DNA of 64,000 nucleotides from contig SMSO01000008.1 in NCBI GenBank assembly GCA_004764695.1, positions 868,001 to 932,000 on the forward strand, written 5' to 3'. The DNA comes from Schizochytrium sp. TIO01 (taxonomy: Eukaryota; Protista; Bigyra: Labyrinthulomycetes). Every line of letters begins with the position of its first letter. Position 1 is the stretch's first letter. Made by a program: the position numbers and the translations under genes. Of this stretch, positions 15,501 to 28,095 are shown in pieces. The notes below the pieces were generated by a model that saw only the letters and a program-made list of their open reading frames with translations, was not told the origin of the DNA and did not search any database.

Positions 15501-16339
15501 TTCTTGCTCTTTTCGGATTATTTGATTTTCAAAAGGATGCGCAATACAAGTAGATATAATCCAGATGCATCACATTTGTGAAGACTTCCTTTTACAAGTC
15601 AATATTTGAAGTTATACCAGATTTACAAAAATTGATACCCAGCATACTAAAGGATATCTCAACGATTAAGTTAACTAAATTTTGATCACTTTGTTAAAAT
15701 ATAGAGTACCTCTCAAATTTGACACGTATGCAAGCAACATGAACCGCAAGTAATAAATATTAAAGATATGTAGCATGTCTCTCTGTTTGGTTAGGTGGAA
15801 GGAACCTGTTATTCTAGAATAACTTTTTTAATCATATCTCTTTGCGTTTTACATCGTTCTTTCGACAATCTATCATATTTGAAATCGCAAATTAATTCAG
15901 TGGTGCTCTACCTGATTATCCTAGCATTCAACTGTCACAGTCTTCACTTCTTCGTATACCCTGAGCAGTTTCCTTGAGTGGTAACTGCGTATTACCCTAT
16001 CCGGACAATGTGTTCTAGGTTATATAATCTTATACAAGAGTACAACAATAAGAATTGCGCAATTTGCCATGAGCAGGCACAATATCTTCATTTTAAAATG
16101 AATGTGTTTCTGCTATATCTCAGCATTTTGTACCTTTTTTTTTAATCTTGTGGTTTTGTTTTCTTGCACATATCAAAGTAAACTTTAGGAGCCAAACTTA
16201 GACATAAGGACCGAAGAAATTTAAAAAAAAAAACGCATAACTCACAAATTTGGGCAAAACATCATATTTGGCTGGCTTTTCCCTCTTTTAGAAATCAATA
16301 TCCAAAATAGATTGAAAAAATAAGTCTACATGTCAATCC

Positions 16340-18784
16340 TTATGTTTTAATAACAGTAGTAATCTGCGACCCAGCTTGAGAATGAATCACACCAGTTATG
16401 GATGGAGCAAGCGTTGTAGCAACCTTCGCCCTAGTTGTCGCCGTAGTGATGGATTTGGCCAAGTTGAAACCAGCGGCGAACAGGCGACTTCCCACTATCA
16501 AAATGGCACATGAAACAGTGCAAAAGAAAATGCAAAAGGCTACAAAGACTGTTTTCAACATAGCTTCCATACCTGGTGCGAGAGAAACAAAAAGCGAAAG
16601 CCCAGCAAGGACTACCACATTGTAATTAGAGAAAAGCATAAACTTTGCCTCGTTGAAAACGAGCCCGCCAAAGTTACGCGTTTGACTTGCTAAAACGCAA
16701 CTCACAACAATGGTCATATAACAAATAGCCACAAGCACCATGAGTAATGTTGAATTGGTAGGACATATCATCTCATCTACATTTAACAGCTGGTCAGCAA
16801 CAGACGCGATAGGTGTAAAGCCAACAACTCCAAACCAGAGAGCAAACCACATTCCTGCAAACAAAGTACACAATGTTATATCGTAACGTATCAGAATTGT
16901 AGCACGTTGTGAGCGACGCCTGTCAAGTTTATACGCTTTGCGCATTAATATGTTAATCGTAAACTGCTTGATAAGCAGTGCCCCCACAAAGTAATAGAAA
17001 CCAAAAAGCAAGAACGAAAACCTCACTCCACATTTCAGTGTAGTTGGGGGGCCAATTTCAAAAAGCTGAGCAATATTCATCAAGACAGCCCCAAATAAGA
17101 GTAAAGACAAAGTCTTGATTCGTGCTACCCGAACAGCTTTATTTTTGCGATAGAATATAAGAGCAACCATACACAAAACAAAGACGATCCATGAGATAGA
17201 AGCTAATGCAAGAACAATCTTGCTCTCACGGCTTCCCTTTGGTGTATATGCGCATGGTATCTGTTTGAGAAGAGTAGTTTCGAGCTCAAGGGTTGTCCAC
17301 CGTGTTTTATATATCGATACATTTCGATGGTGGCATGGATCAGGATCTGCAATAATCTCTACACTTCCATCTTCAGTGTAAGCAGATGTTTGGTACACTG
17401 ATAAAATGTCTCGAGTCCCATCTACTTTGCAATCACATGCTACTACACTAGGTTCTAATGTCTCATCCATCCATACCTGATCGATAAAGGTATTATCGAC
17501 AGCGTTAATCCAGTCACCCCATGTTTCTTCATTCTCTCGTGCCCAGCTGCATGTAATGTTGTTCATAGATAAGTTAGGATTCTTCATGAACTCTGCATGC
17601 ATTATTTCTTGTTGAGAAGTTGAATTAAACGCAAATGCTCCAATCAAAAGAGCAAAATCAGGTTTAGTACTTTCCAATGATTTTGCATATGCTTTGGAGA
17701 GGCTATCGATAGGATACCCACAAGTTGATCCACCGGAATCTTCCAACGCTTGGCACTCAGCAGTGCTTAAAGGTAAGAGAACATCTTTTAGTTCAAAGTC
17801 GTAATAGTGAAAAGCTCCATGAGGTCGCCAAAAATAGAAAAGGGTGGGGGTTTGCGGATTAGTGTTTGCTGCGCGCTCAATTTCTCGAAGAAGATTGTCT
17901 TCAGAAGCAGCGAAGACTTGAGTAAAATTCAATCCAAGGTTTTTTAGAAGCTGTGCGTCGTGCTGAGTCCAGCCAATTTTACCTCCAATAAAACGTCCAC
18001 CATAAGTCGAGATATTACGGGGGACATCGGTGTTATCACATTCCGCTGTTGCGTTTGTAAATCCATTATGTGCAGCTGGTGTCCCCCCAAGAGATTCCAT
18101 AGGCATACAGGGTAAATAATCATCACTCTGGTCAAATTGTGAGCGACAACATGGTAAGCTTGGCCAGGGATGGGTAAATAGTTCAGCTTGACTTTGCTCA
18201 GTCAATGTTCGCCAATACTCGAGAGTAGCTCCATGATCATCTAAAACATATGAAGGTGTAAACCACCCTATTCGTCCTTCAACACCGTTTGAACCAGCAT
18301 TAACGATAGTGCCCCTTTCCACAACATACTCACGAATATTATCTGTGTGCCCAGAAGGCCAAAATTCCAAAATACCATCAAGTGTGCCCTCATCAAGTTG
18401 TGTCCAGGCACCTTTGTTAACAACATCTCCTGCACTGTCAAGTTCATCGTGCTCTAAAATAGTTCCCGTAAAATCAGTCACATCTGCAGTAATTTCTACT
18501 GGGTAGCCAAGGTATTCCTCAATGAAAATCTTTGCAACATAGACATTAATGAAAGCTCCAACCCATCCATTAATTCCAAGTTTTACGCTGCAAGGATAGG
18601 TTCCGTTTGCATAAGGCTCACATCGAAAGCTCCGAACTCCATCGGAACTCCACTTTGAAGATGGAAAGCAGCAATTGGATTCGTCAGCAGCACACGAGTC
18701 CTGCAAAGGATTTGTGCGGACAGCATGGCTATATTGTATACACTGCGCTAGGCAAACAACCATGTACAATAATAATCGTCGCAT
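16340..18784 (-). CDS. class C (GABA-B-like, 7tm_3) GPCR with N-terminal glycine betaine/proline-type substrate-binding domain (OpuAC/ProX-like)
   Basis: 814-aa ORF with signal peptide; ProX-like motifs GWVGAFINVYVAKIFIEEYLGYPVEI, ILEFWPSG, GRIGWFTPSYV, FYFWRPH; seven hydrophobic helices with class C signatures (FYRKNKAVRVAR; TRN..FNEAKFMLFSNYN). Confidence 0.85.
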   Translation of the reverse strand: MRRLLLYMVVCLAQCIQYSHAVRTNPLQDSCAADESNCCFPSSKWSSDGVRSFRCEPYANGTYPCSVKLGINGWVGAFINVYVAKIFIEEYLGYPVEITADVTDFTGTILEHDELDSAGDVVNKGAWTQLDEGTLDGILEFWPSGHTDNIREYVVERGTIVNAGSNGVEGRIGWFTPSYVLDDHGATLEYWRTLTEQSQAELFTHPWPSLPCCRSQFDQSDDYLPCMPMESLGGTPAAHNGFTNATAECDNTDVPRNISTYGGRFIGGKIGWTQHDAQLLKNLGLNFTQVFAASEDNLLREIERAANTNPQTPTLFYFWRPHGAFHYYDFELKDVLLPLSTAECQALEDSGGSTCGYPIDSLSKAYAKSLESTKPDFALLIGAFAFNSTSQQEIMHAEFMKNPNLSMNNITCSWARENEETWGDWINAVDNTFIDQVWMDETLEPSVVACDCKVDGTRDILSVYQTSAYTEDGSVEIIADPDPCHHRNVSIYKTRWTTLELETTLLKQIPCAYTPKGSRESKIVLALASISWIVFVLCMVALIFYRKNKAVRVARIKTLSLLLFGAVLMNIAQLFEIGPPTTLKCGVRFSFLLFGFYYFVGALLIKQFTINILMRKAYKLDRRRSQRATILIRYDITLCTLFAGMWFALWFGVVGFTPIASVADQLLNVDEMICPTNSTLLMVLVAICYMTIVVSCVLASQTRNFGGLVFNEAKFMLFSNYNVVVLAGLSLFVSLAPGMEAMLKTVFVAFCIFFCTVSCAILIVGSRLFAAGFNLAKSITTATTRAKVATTLAPSITGVIHSQAGSQITTVIKT

Positions 18785-21700
18785 AGCGTGTAGTTAATGT
18801 TGATTGAGAGCTGTATCCTTCTCTCTAACAACTGTGCTGAAAAGTTGATATGCCGGCCTACTCCTACTTTTCATTCAAGATTTCGGGCCTTGGTCAATTC
18901 TGGTTTGCCAGGTTTTCACGTAGGAAAAAATATGCCCCATCATCTCCTTCCTATTACGTATTATCAACGATAACATCTGATCAACCTTTTGTTCGTAGTT
19001 AGGTTGGATGTATCATGCTTACTGTGACGCGTAAAGAGCCTTTTAAAAAATTTCCTTACACATATTACCAACCCAGACACAGAGAATTCAAATTAATTCT
19101 CATTTCACCCCAAAGAAAGTATAGACCGATTTTCTATTTGAACAAAGAAAGCCTTCATCGCTATCCGCTTCTTCCAAGCCTTCCTAGACCTACAGAATAG
19201 AACATATGTTGCTCACGCTAATATTCATAAGCTCTCTCTGCTATCTCCAGAATACCTTCAAACTTCGCTGGCCACCTTGAGCACTGAATTGATCAATTTC
19301 TAAATGATTTTTAAAAAGGTATTATATATATTTGATCTTGATGTTGTTGTTGTATTCACATCCTCCTTGTGAGGATGTATCAAAGTCTGCGCACTCTTTT
19401 GCATTGCTTACAAATGTCGAAATACACCATTCTTGAATTCTGATCGTCATGGAGGCTCTTCATTTTAGACGTATCTGTTGGAAAAGATGCCTTCAACTCT
19501 ATTGATGGTCAATCCTTTCAAATAGAATTCGAAGGACTTATGAAGCTCCACTACGCTCTGAGCCGCGATACCTCCCGATTTCTCCTGTCGCCTGAAATTT
19601 TGCAGAGCTTTAAGTTGACAACGGTGAGACTCTTAGTGCAAATAACATAATCTTAGGAAGAATGTTTGTTTCAGATACTGAAAGTGCATTCAAATGCGTT
19701 TAGAAGAATGATGAAGAAGTTTTTGGGGGTGGCCAAACGCCTATTCACTTATGTTCGTCGCAAATTATCACATTTACCTGTTCGCGCGAAGTAGAATAGT
19801 CATTCATGAAACTAATGAAAAGCTAAGACTGTCTGCCAGAACGTATAAATAGTTTAGGCCTGGCTTTTGCTCAGATTCTTCTCAGCACGTCAGTGAAGGT
19901 ACGCAGAAGCACCTTGCGGCTTCAACGGCGCGGTACGTTCCTGTCTCGTTCTATGACACATCGTTAAGCACAGGCATATATCCGGTTCCGACGAGGGGGC
20001 AAGTTATCTTGTTCCTTTAGGGTGAGCATGCAGTTTGTATCGTAGTAGATCTGAGCAGGGGCTCTATAAGGCTGCGCTGAGTTTCTCGTGTTCTTGCTAG
20101 AAAAACGGTTTTCAGAAAGGAAACAAACCTTTTATTGAGTCCGTAAAATCTTCATTGCACTGGCCTCTTCACGTGGTAGTCGCCAGACTTATTTTGGAAC
20201 ATGAAAACCTTATAGACCCAAATGCTCAAGACTTGTCCATTTAAGCATTCTTCAGGTTGCTGTGCCGCCGCACGATTTTACCGTTACGTAGTAATCTTTC
20301 GGGGAAAACAAATTAAAAAAAAGAAAGTATCAGGGGAGAGAAAATAAGAAGACCAGGACCGAGGCGAAACAAAAGGAGATGAAAACAAGTGAAGGCAGCA
20401 TTGACTTGATCAGCTTCTCTACTGCTGCGACTGGAGCTGACGACTGCAAACCCCGCACAAGTCGATTGTGCAATTGTGATGGACTCCCTCTTCCACGCTT
20501 CCTTGCGACGCCTAAAACCTAAAACCTCTTTCATCAATCTAACTGTTCGTTCGACGAAGGATGCTCGTATATTGGTCCAAGCCAGCGACCGTCAGAGCAA
20601 AAGCTTTCAGCTTGGGCAGGAGCATGTTAACCTTGCGAGCCACTTTGTGCTCCACACGTGCTGAAGTGACCTTGTTATACAAATACTACCTACCACTGTT
20701 CTTGAAACTAACGGAAAAATAAAAGAAATTGTAAAGAGAAGGTACTATGCGCTAAAGGAAGGAAAAGAGGGAATGGAACCTCCATGAACCGTCTCTTGTG
20801 CGAAGACGGATCATACGCTTTGGGGAAAACGGACCCCCGTCCGTATATAAAGACAAACAACACTTTAAGAGAAGGGGAAGACATCGAAAGTCGGGTATGG
20901 GAAAACGTGAGGCAGCACTGTAGAATAGTATTTTATGTTAGACGTTCAGAGCTAGCTCGGACCTGCTCGCACAAATTTAGTAGTCTAGCTAGCAAAAAAG
21001 AATATGTAAACAAGAGTGAGTGCACTTGTAGACTATTTCTTTTTGTGGGGATAATGGAAAAACCTCTTTTGAATTGTCTGCACTCAGTTAGAAAACAAAC
21101 CAAAGGCTTGCTCTGAGACTGATTTTGGCAGCAAATGCAACTGTAAGACCTACCATCTCCTTGTAGGAAGGAAGTTCTCGTGACATGAGCCAGGGTTATA
21201 GGGTTCATTTACTTAGATAAATTGTAATTATTTGATCGTGGCGTTCTTCTTGGAAACGCTTTGAATATTATGTAGTAAGACAGTAAAGTTCATATGCCAC
21301 CTGCGGAAGGAATATTTATTCTTCACCCGCCTCCAAACGGTGTTCTCTTTATTCTAATATAGGCCTACAATTTGCTGAATTGAGAGTCAACGAAAGATTC
21401 AAGGATCCCTTTTGAAGCCTGGTGGCAGACTTCGAGGAGTCAAGATTGTAATCTGACACCCACCGCGATGTGATGTTTCAAAACAAAGACAGCTGGCAAA
21501 ACATCAACAACTTATGTTAAGGATAGAGCAGACATAGTGATGTTAATTTCTCCAAAAGAAAACTTCACAGTTCGCATTAAAAAAAAGAGACAAAGTAAAA
21601 CGTTAGGGCAGGATAATTCCATGATCGTAGTTCCGATCAAACATTCGACTTGTTAAGGTTGTTTCGTGTCGTTGTAATTCTATGTATTATGGCCTCGGTG

Positions 21701-24133
21701 ACTGTTGAAAGTCCGAAGTTGTCATGGAATTGTTTCAATAGTCATGGAAAGGAACTTTTCACTCAGGTATTTGATTCACACATGCTTTGACTTTGAGGGT
21801 GTTGCATAGGGTTGGATATGGCTGAGCAGGGATACATTCCACAACATAGCTAAGTAGTTTCCTAGAATTCAAACTACAAAACAGGTGTCATCAACATTAT
21901 GTATGAATTGAGTCAATCGAATTGAAACATCCCTACCCCCTGAAGGTATGACACAGTGCTACAGAATACAAGCTACTCTGATGGGGTACAGACTAAGATA
22001 AAACTGTTTGTTTTAGAATTCACATCCAAAATCAGTAGGAGTTGGTACCTTTATTCACTAGCCGTTTGGTCTTGACTTCGTCGCTGTCACAGACTTGTCA
22101 GAAAATTATCCTTGCCATAGACTGTAAGCAAATTAGCCTCGCTGCTAATTCATTAAGAATTTGAGCTTTTGGGTATTTTTGAAGGTAGAGGAATATTGAA
22201 TAACCTCACATAGGTCTATATATGCAAAAGACGAAAATGCATGTAACCAACAAAGCTCTCTCGAGCTCACACAAGATTTCTCTCCGTTGGATTTGGTAAT
22301 TTTCTGATCCCGTAATATAGACTTAGATCGACAAATGTAGTTCTGGGTTCAACCTGGATTGTCTGTTTGTTTGGTCGTCAACATTAGAAGATTCATTCAG
22401 CCGCTAAGACTTCAGCACGTGCCCCTCTATTTGGGTACTAGTACCTTCAGTCTCACTTTCTGGGGGAACTGGCCTACATACAAATTTAACAGGTTCTACA
22501 GCATCCTTTAAAAGCTGATCTCAGAGTGGACTCAAACCATCTTGAAGGAGTTTGTGAGCCGCACGGAGACCTTATAGGTGCAACCCATAGAAGTCTGCAC
22601 TCTTTATTCATTTTATACAACCCTACTGCATGTGTAGCGATCTCTCCTTGGTGCATGAATCGAAACCGGCGGAAGCCTTTGTATTATGGGCTACTTGAAA
22701 ATTCGAAAAATTTTGACAGTTTGGTTTTCATGGTTGTAAAACTAACACCGCAAAACCTGCTTATTCGCCAATGACTCGAAAAAGATCCTGCATAAAAGAG
22801 GTCCGAATATTGGAATCATCACCAGGTTGGATTGCCAACGGCGCCTCCTTATCCTGCCTGCCCGTTCGAACACCGACCAAGTCTTAAAAGCAAAAACGGT
22901 TTGGCGGGAAGCTAACGACTGACTACCCTTGTCAAGATCAAGCTTAAACCATTTCAGATTTACAGCAAGAACCAACGATTGGATCTGTGTCAAACATGAA
23001 AGAGAAGTTTGCTCGAATTCGCGAGTGCGCTCGCTCGTATTAAAACACAGTTGGTATAGCTCATGGTATAGAGCTAGGTACATGCGCAATGCAGGGACTG
23101 ATTTTGCCATTCGAGCGAGCCGGTTGCTGCTCGAGCAACTCTCAAGTCATCTCGCGGAGTTGGACATTATGCACCGCTACTTTGTTGCGAGTTTTAGGTT
23201 TAAACAGCCTGTCATTTAACAGATAACTTCTCACTCTTAAAGTTTGCGAGCTTCAACTCGTGAACTTTGTGAAATTTACATCATTCTATTCCGCTCTTAT
23301 CCCGCATTGAACATGGCAAGCAAGTGCAAGAAGCTTAGTACACCATTTGCTGAGACGAGTTCCTATGTGGTACACTACACATCTGTGCCACTTTGAAGCA
23401 GGATTTTAATGAAGCAGGATAACACAATTCTCAGAGCCTGCAACTTCGGGGAGGTTATGATCCTGCTACCAATTATTCTGCTTCAGGCCGGCTTCGTTTC
23501 CAGCACTGACACCCGAGGTCAAGTCCCTCGACGAAGATGCCGAAGCTGATGGTTCCCGCATTTAATAAAAATTGATCTTGAATACCATTGTAGCAGTAGC
23601 CAGTACTACCACTTGAGTCAGCTTCCCTGCCATATGGTGACGACGAACTAGTTATTCATTGGTTGTTCACGTGATTTGACCTGGGTGTTTTGCGAATGAT
23701 CTCAAGCCACCACGGTGTCCGCACGCAATGCAAACACGCATCGTGGATTGATTTGATCAAGTCATCGAATCATCAAAATCAATCGACAAACTAATTCCCA
23801 TCGATCGTCCAGTTTCTCCTATATTGGACACCTTGCCGCACATGTTGTTCCTATTGACCTCCTATGCTAAACCCTAGGAGCTCCCGTGTCCAGCTGATAG
23901 TCAACCTTCTTCTCACTGTATAAGCAAATAGCTTTGAAGCAGTAGATACGTAGGTACCTACAACACAACACTGATTGGGCAGTTAGTTGCTCGAGAATCA
24001 ACGCCACGAGCTTGAGCTCAACAGGGATCAACTGACACATAAAATAAGCATGCTGACGGGCGAAGTCTGAGGCATCTTGAGAACCATTTGCTGCAAAACT
24101 GTCCTCCGAATGTGACATGCAAAGTGTCCACTA

Positions 24134-24134
<1 letters not shown>

Positions 24135-24180
<46 letters not shown>
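24135..24180. repeat. (ATCA)n microsatellite
   Basis: direct reading. Confidence 0.9.
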
Positions 24181-24182
<2 letters not shown>

Positions 24183-25022
24183 ATCAAACAATCGATCGCG
24201 AATCAATGATAAGGCTTCTCTTCGATCTAAATTCTCTTCTGCTAATGGTAGCTGAGTGCCTCACGGAAGATGGCGAAGAACTTTGATAAGACAACACGCC
24301 GAAAGTGGGGTCTTTAAGGCTGCGAATGGCTTATTGGAAATTTTAGCGCCGCGCCGAAACTGGGAACTTTCTACGGCCCCAGCGAGCGCGAGGGTGGGTC
24401 TACGGGCGACGCAGAGTGATTGAATTTGACCAATGACGAAGTAGAACTACTTCGTGACAAGCTGTAAACTAATTTGCACACTCTTGCAGGTACCTTCTTA
24501 AGGAGGTATAAAGTGAAGAAGAGGCATAAATGGAGTATAGTGAGTCTACTATGAACTAAACAGACCTCTAAAGTGAAGAATGGCGTATAATTCATTGGTC
24601 ACGGATTGTGGAAACAAGGCTAAAAATATAAAGCAGTTTAACGAATGAAAATAGTGTTCAAAGAGGTTGCAATCAAGCACGCTCGCGACAGTGACCAAAT
24701 CCGCTTTACGCAGCCCATAGAGCAGCCGCGTAGGCTGACTTTGATAGGAAGGACCTGTCTTGTGGGGTTCTCATTGGTCGTTGTGGAGGTTCTGGTGGTC
24801 CTATAAAGACGCGGAGTTTGGACTTTAAGGGCGGGCTGCGCTTCTCTTGAGCCCTGGGTGCGCCAAAGATCTCGACTCCACAGCCTTGGTCAAGAAATCA
24901 CAGCACCCGAAGAAAAGGCCTTCGATTGCGCAACTCTCTTGGGTCCAAACGTAAATTGTCCTGAGGCCGTGGGATTCGGTCGAAGTTGGTGAAGCACAGA
25001 TAGATTTTAGAAAACCGTGAAG

Positions 25023-26408
25023 ATGGACATTCAGGCCTTTAACAGCCATGAAGGCGACGAGGTGAACGAATATAAGCTTGGCCGTCTTCTGGGAGAAGGC
25101 ACCTTTGGCGAGGTCCGCGAGGGTCGCAAGGGCAATCAAGTGTTTGCTGTCAAGTGCTTGAGCAGATCCTTTCTACGCAAAAAACGGGAATATACAAAGG
25201 AGGGACGGCGGATGAAAATTAAGACCGCTCTCGACGATGTCCAGCGCGAAATCGCCATCATGAAAAAGGTGCATCACCCAAACCTTGTCGGGCTCGTAGA
25301 AGCCATCGACAACGAAGACACAGATAATCTTTATATAGTGCTTGAATTTGTGTCTGGTGGCCAGGTAATGTACTGGGATGGCAAGGCAACGCAGTACCAC
25401 CGCAAAAGTGGCGGCATCTATTCGGAAGACGAGGCGCGACCTCTCGCGCGCGACGTACTAGAAGGACTTCGGTATCTGCATGCACAGGATATTATTCATC
25501 GTGATTTAAAGCCAGAGAACTTATTGCTCACGAGCGAAGGCCGTGTGAAGATTGGCGATTTCGGCATTGCGCAGAAATTAGAAATGGAAAAGACCAAGAG
25601 TGCCTCTTTGTCTAACATGCAAGGAACATACCAATTTATGGCCCCGGAAATGATTACAGAGTCCAAGTACAATGGTTATCTTATAGATATTTGGGCATTT
25701 GGCGTTTGCTTGTATGCTTTCGTGAATGGTGCTCTGCCGTTCTACGGCAGCGATCCGGACTCTGTGTTTGCCTCTATTGAGAACAATGAAGTTGTCATTC
25801 CGGAGAATTTGTCGGACCAGCTCAAGGAAGCCTTAGGTGGTATCCTGGAGAAGGACCCCTCCAAGCGTATGCAAATGGAGGACATCCTAAGCTGCGCCTG
25901 GTTTGACTTCTCAAGTGTGGGTGGAGTTGACGAGTCCCCGAATAAGATTGAGCTCACCGAAGACGATGAGCTCAATGCCATTACACCCTTTAAGCTTGAC
26001 ATTGTGAAGATTGTCAAGGCAAAGGGCGCTGCGAAAAAGTGGCGTAAGGCTGCTTCGTCTTCGCGTGGAATGCGCACAGAGGATGGTTCCACCACAAGTA
26101 TTCGTCAGTCCGAACAGTCTGAAATGAGCCTTGCTTCGGAGCACCCACCCATGCTTGAAGGGGACGAAACCTCTCACGAAGCTTCTATGGTGAAGGTGGA
26201 AATGGATTCAGAACCAGAACCTCTACTTATGGATGCTACGAAGCAAGCCACTACATCCGACGCAGGAAATGGAGGTGCCAATGGCAAGGCGCCAGCAACT
26301 ATGCAAATCCCTGCCGCGGCTGCGCCACCCACAGCTTCTACCGCTACCAATCAACCCCCCTCGCCAACAGAAGAACACCAGAAATGCAACTGTTGTACGC
26401 TCTCATAA
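25023..26408 (+). CDS. CaMKK/SnAK(GRIK)-like Ser/Thr protein kinase with C-terminal CaaX box
   Basis: GEGTFG, AVK, basic insert, REIAIMKKVHHPNLV, HRDLKPEN, DFG, GTYQFMAPE, DIWAFGV; first ATG at 25023 (track start is GTG); ends CNCCTLS. Confidence 0.9.
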   Translation: MDIQAFNSHEGDEVNEYKLGRLLGEGTFGEVREGRKGNQVFAVKCLSRSFLRKKREYTKEGRRMKIKTALDDVQREIAIMKKVHHPNLVGLVEAIDNEDTDNLYIVLEFVSGGQVMYWDGKATQYHRKSGGIYSEDEARPLARDVLEGLRYLHAQDIIHRDLKPENLLLTSEGRVKIGDFGIAQKLEMEKTKSASLSNMQGTYQFMAPEMITESKYNGYLIDIWAFGVCLYAFVNGALPFYGSDPDSVFASIENNEVVIPENLSDQLKEALGGILEKDPSKRMQMEDILSCAWFDFSSVGGVDESPNKIELTEDDELNAITPFKLDIVKIVKAKGAAKKWRKAASSSRGMRTEDGSTTSIRQSEQSEMSLASEHPPMLEGDETSHEASMVKVEMDSEPEPLLMDATKQATTSDAGNGGANGKAPATMQIPAAAAPPTASTATNQPPSPTEEHQKCNCCTLS

Positions 26409-27000
26409 ACGAAAAGTCTTTATGACACAATGAAAAGCTTCGCTCGGACGATAGCCTCCCAAATTGTTATAACTATGTACCTTGTCCTCGTCCCATTTGC
26501 AAGTATAGCTGGAGGACATTTGCGTATCCCCTAATTCCATATTTTCAATATCTTACCCTCCTCTTGTAATGGTAAAATTGTGTGCCTTGATGGCCTACTT
26601 TGATTACTAGAACAAATAATATCCTTTATGCACCGTCTTACCTTTTCGGTTTCAAATTTTTACTTTTTATTTCAAAGATTATTACCTTTTCTCGTTTGTG
26701 AGCCACATACATGCATATGATGTTTCGTATCTTCTCGTTGTATGTGATCAATCTATTTCGAAACAATAAATCTGGCGTGGACATTTTCAGAAAATCAAAG
26801 ATGAAAATGACTTTTTTTTTTTTTTAAATTTGCACTTCTTGCATAATCCTACTTACGCTACCAAATCATTTATGCGGGGCAACGCGTCGCAATTTAATAC
26901 ATTAAGCTATCTGTGTGCAGCTCCGTTGAATGAATGAATCAATTAGCTTTTTGTTACTGCGTTGATTTTGTTTTAAGTCCTCTGATGTTCTTGATGTTGC

Positions 27001-28095
27001 TTACATGGAGAGAAGAAGCTTGCCCTTCGTAGCGCCGCTCTCAAGCAAGCGGTGAGCCTCGCCTGCCTGCTCAAGCGGGAGCACTTGCTGTACAGTAACC
27101 TTAACAGAACCGTCCTTAATCCAAGCTACGAGCTGGTCCATACGCTTCTTGAAATCTTCATGATCATCCAGGTAGTCATAGAGTTTCGGACGTGTAAGAA
27201 AGATGGATCCCAGGGCACTGAGCTGCAAGGGATCAATAGGCGGTACAGCTCCACTAGCATTTCCAAAGAGCACCACGGTTCCGAGCTTTCGCACGCAGTT
27301 CATCGACATCTTGTAGGTCTTTGCGCCAACGCCATCGTAAGACACATGAACTCCTTTGCCCTCAGTGGCTTCCTTCACACGCTTCACAACTTCCTCTTCT
27401 GAGAGTTCATCGTACGGAAGCACGAGGTCACAGCCCACGCTCTCGGCAACGGGGACCTTTGACTTGCTGCAAGTGCCGATGACGGTAGCGCCCAGAGCCT
27501 TGGCCATCTGCACGAGCAGCTGGCCAGTACCCCCAGCAGCTGCCTGCACAAGACAAACTTTGCCAGGGCCCAGCTGGAATGTGTTGCAAGCGAGATATTG
27601 TGCCGTAAGGCCTTGTGTGAGCAACGTTGTAAGCACGTCGAGTTCCACGCCCTCGGGAACGCTGTAGACGAAGTTGGAGCTGCAGGCTGTGTATTCCTGG
27701 TATGTGTCAGGGCCAAGGTAGGCCACGCGGTCGCCGACCTTGCAAATGGAGGCGTCCACATCGTTGCCAACAGCAACAACTTCACCTGAGCCTTCGCGGC
27801 CGAGTCCAAATGGTGTGGGTAGCTTGTAGAGCCCAGTGCGGTGGTAGGTGTCAATAAAGTTTACACCTGCAAATTTGTTGTGAACAAGGACCTGCTTCGG
27901 GCCTGGCTTTGGAACTTCGTAGTCCGTGCGAAAGCAGGCATCAAGGCCAGACGGATCGGCCACTACACTATCCAAAACGATAGCCTTTTGCGTGGCAGGA
28001 ATTGAAGAAGCCATGGTTCTCGTGCTCAAAACGCTGTTCGTGCGAATGCTTAGGTTCTGTGCTTGACGCAGTAACTTTGCAGTGCTGGAGAGCAT
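27001..28095 (-). CDS. qor: NADPH:quinone oxidoreductase (MDR family, QOR/zeta-crystallin type), probable mitochondrial presequence
   Basis: AGVNFIDTYHRTGLY, LGREGSG, QGLTAQYL, QAAAGGTG, YDGVG, LFGNASG, TRPKL, HRLLESGATKGKLLL; R/S/L-rich N-terminus before a second Met. Confidence 0.93.
   Translation of the reverse strand: MLSSTAKLLRQAQNLSIRTNSVLSTRTMASSIPATQKAIVLDSVVADPSGLDACFRTDYEVPKPGPKQVLVHNKFAGVNFIDTYHRTGLYKLPTPFGLGREGSGEVVAVGNDVDASICKVGDRVAYLGPDTYQEYTACSSNFVYSVPEGVELDVLTTLLTQGLTAQYLACNTFQLGPGKVCLVQAAAGGTGQLLVQMAKALGATVIGTCSKSKVPVAESVGCDLVLPYDELSEEEVVKRVKEATEGKGVHVSYDGVGAKTYKMSMNCVRKLGTVVLFGNASGAVPPIDPLQLSALGSIFLTRPKLYDYLDDHEDFKKRMDQLVAWIKDGSVKVTVQQVLPLEQAGEAHRLLESGATKGKLLLSM

Noticed and set aside
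23438-23460. LQLRGG, resembling a ubiquitin C-terminus
   Set aside because: In-frame stop just upstream and no other ubiquitin similarity
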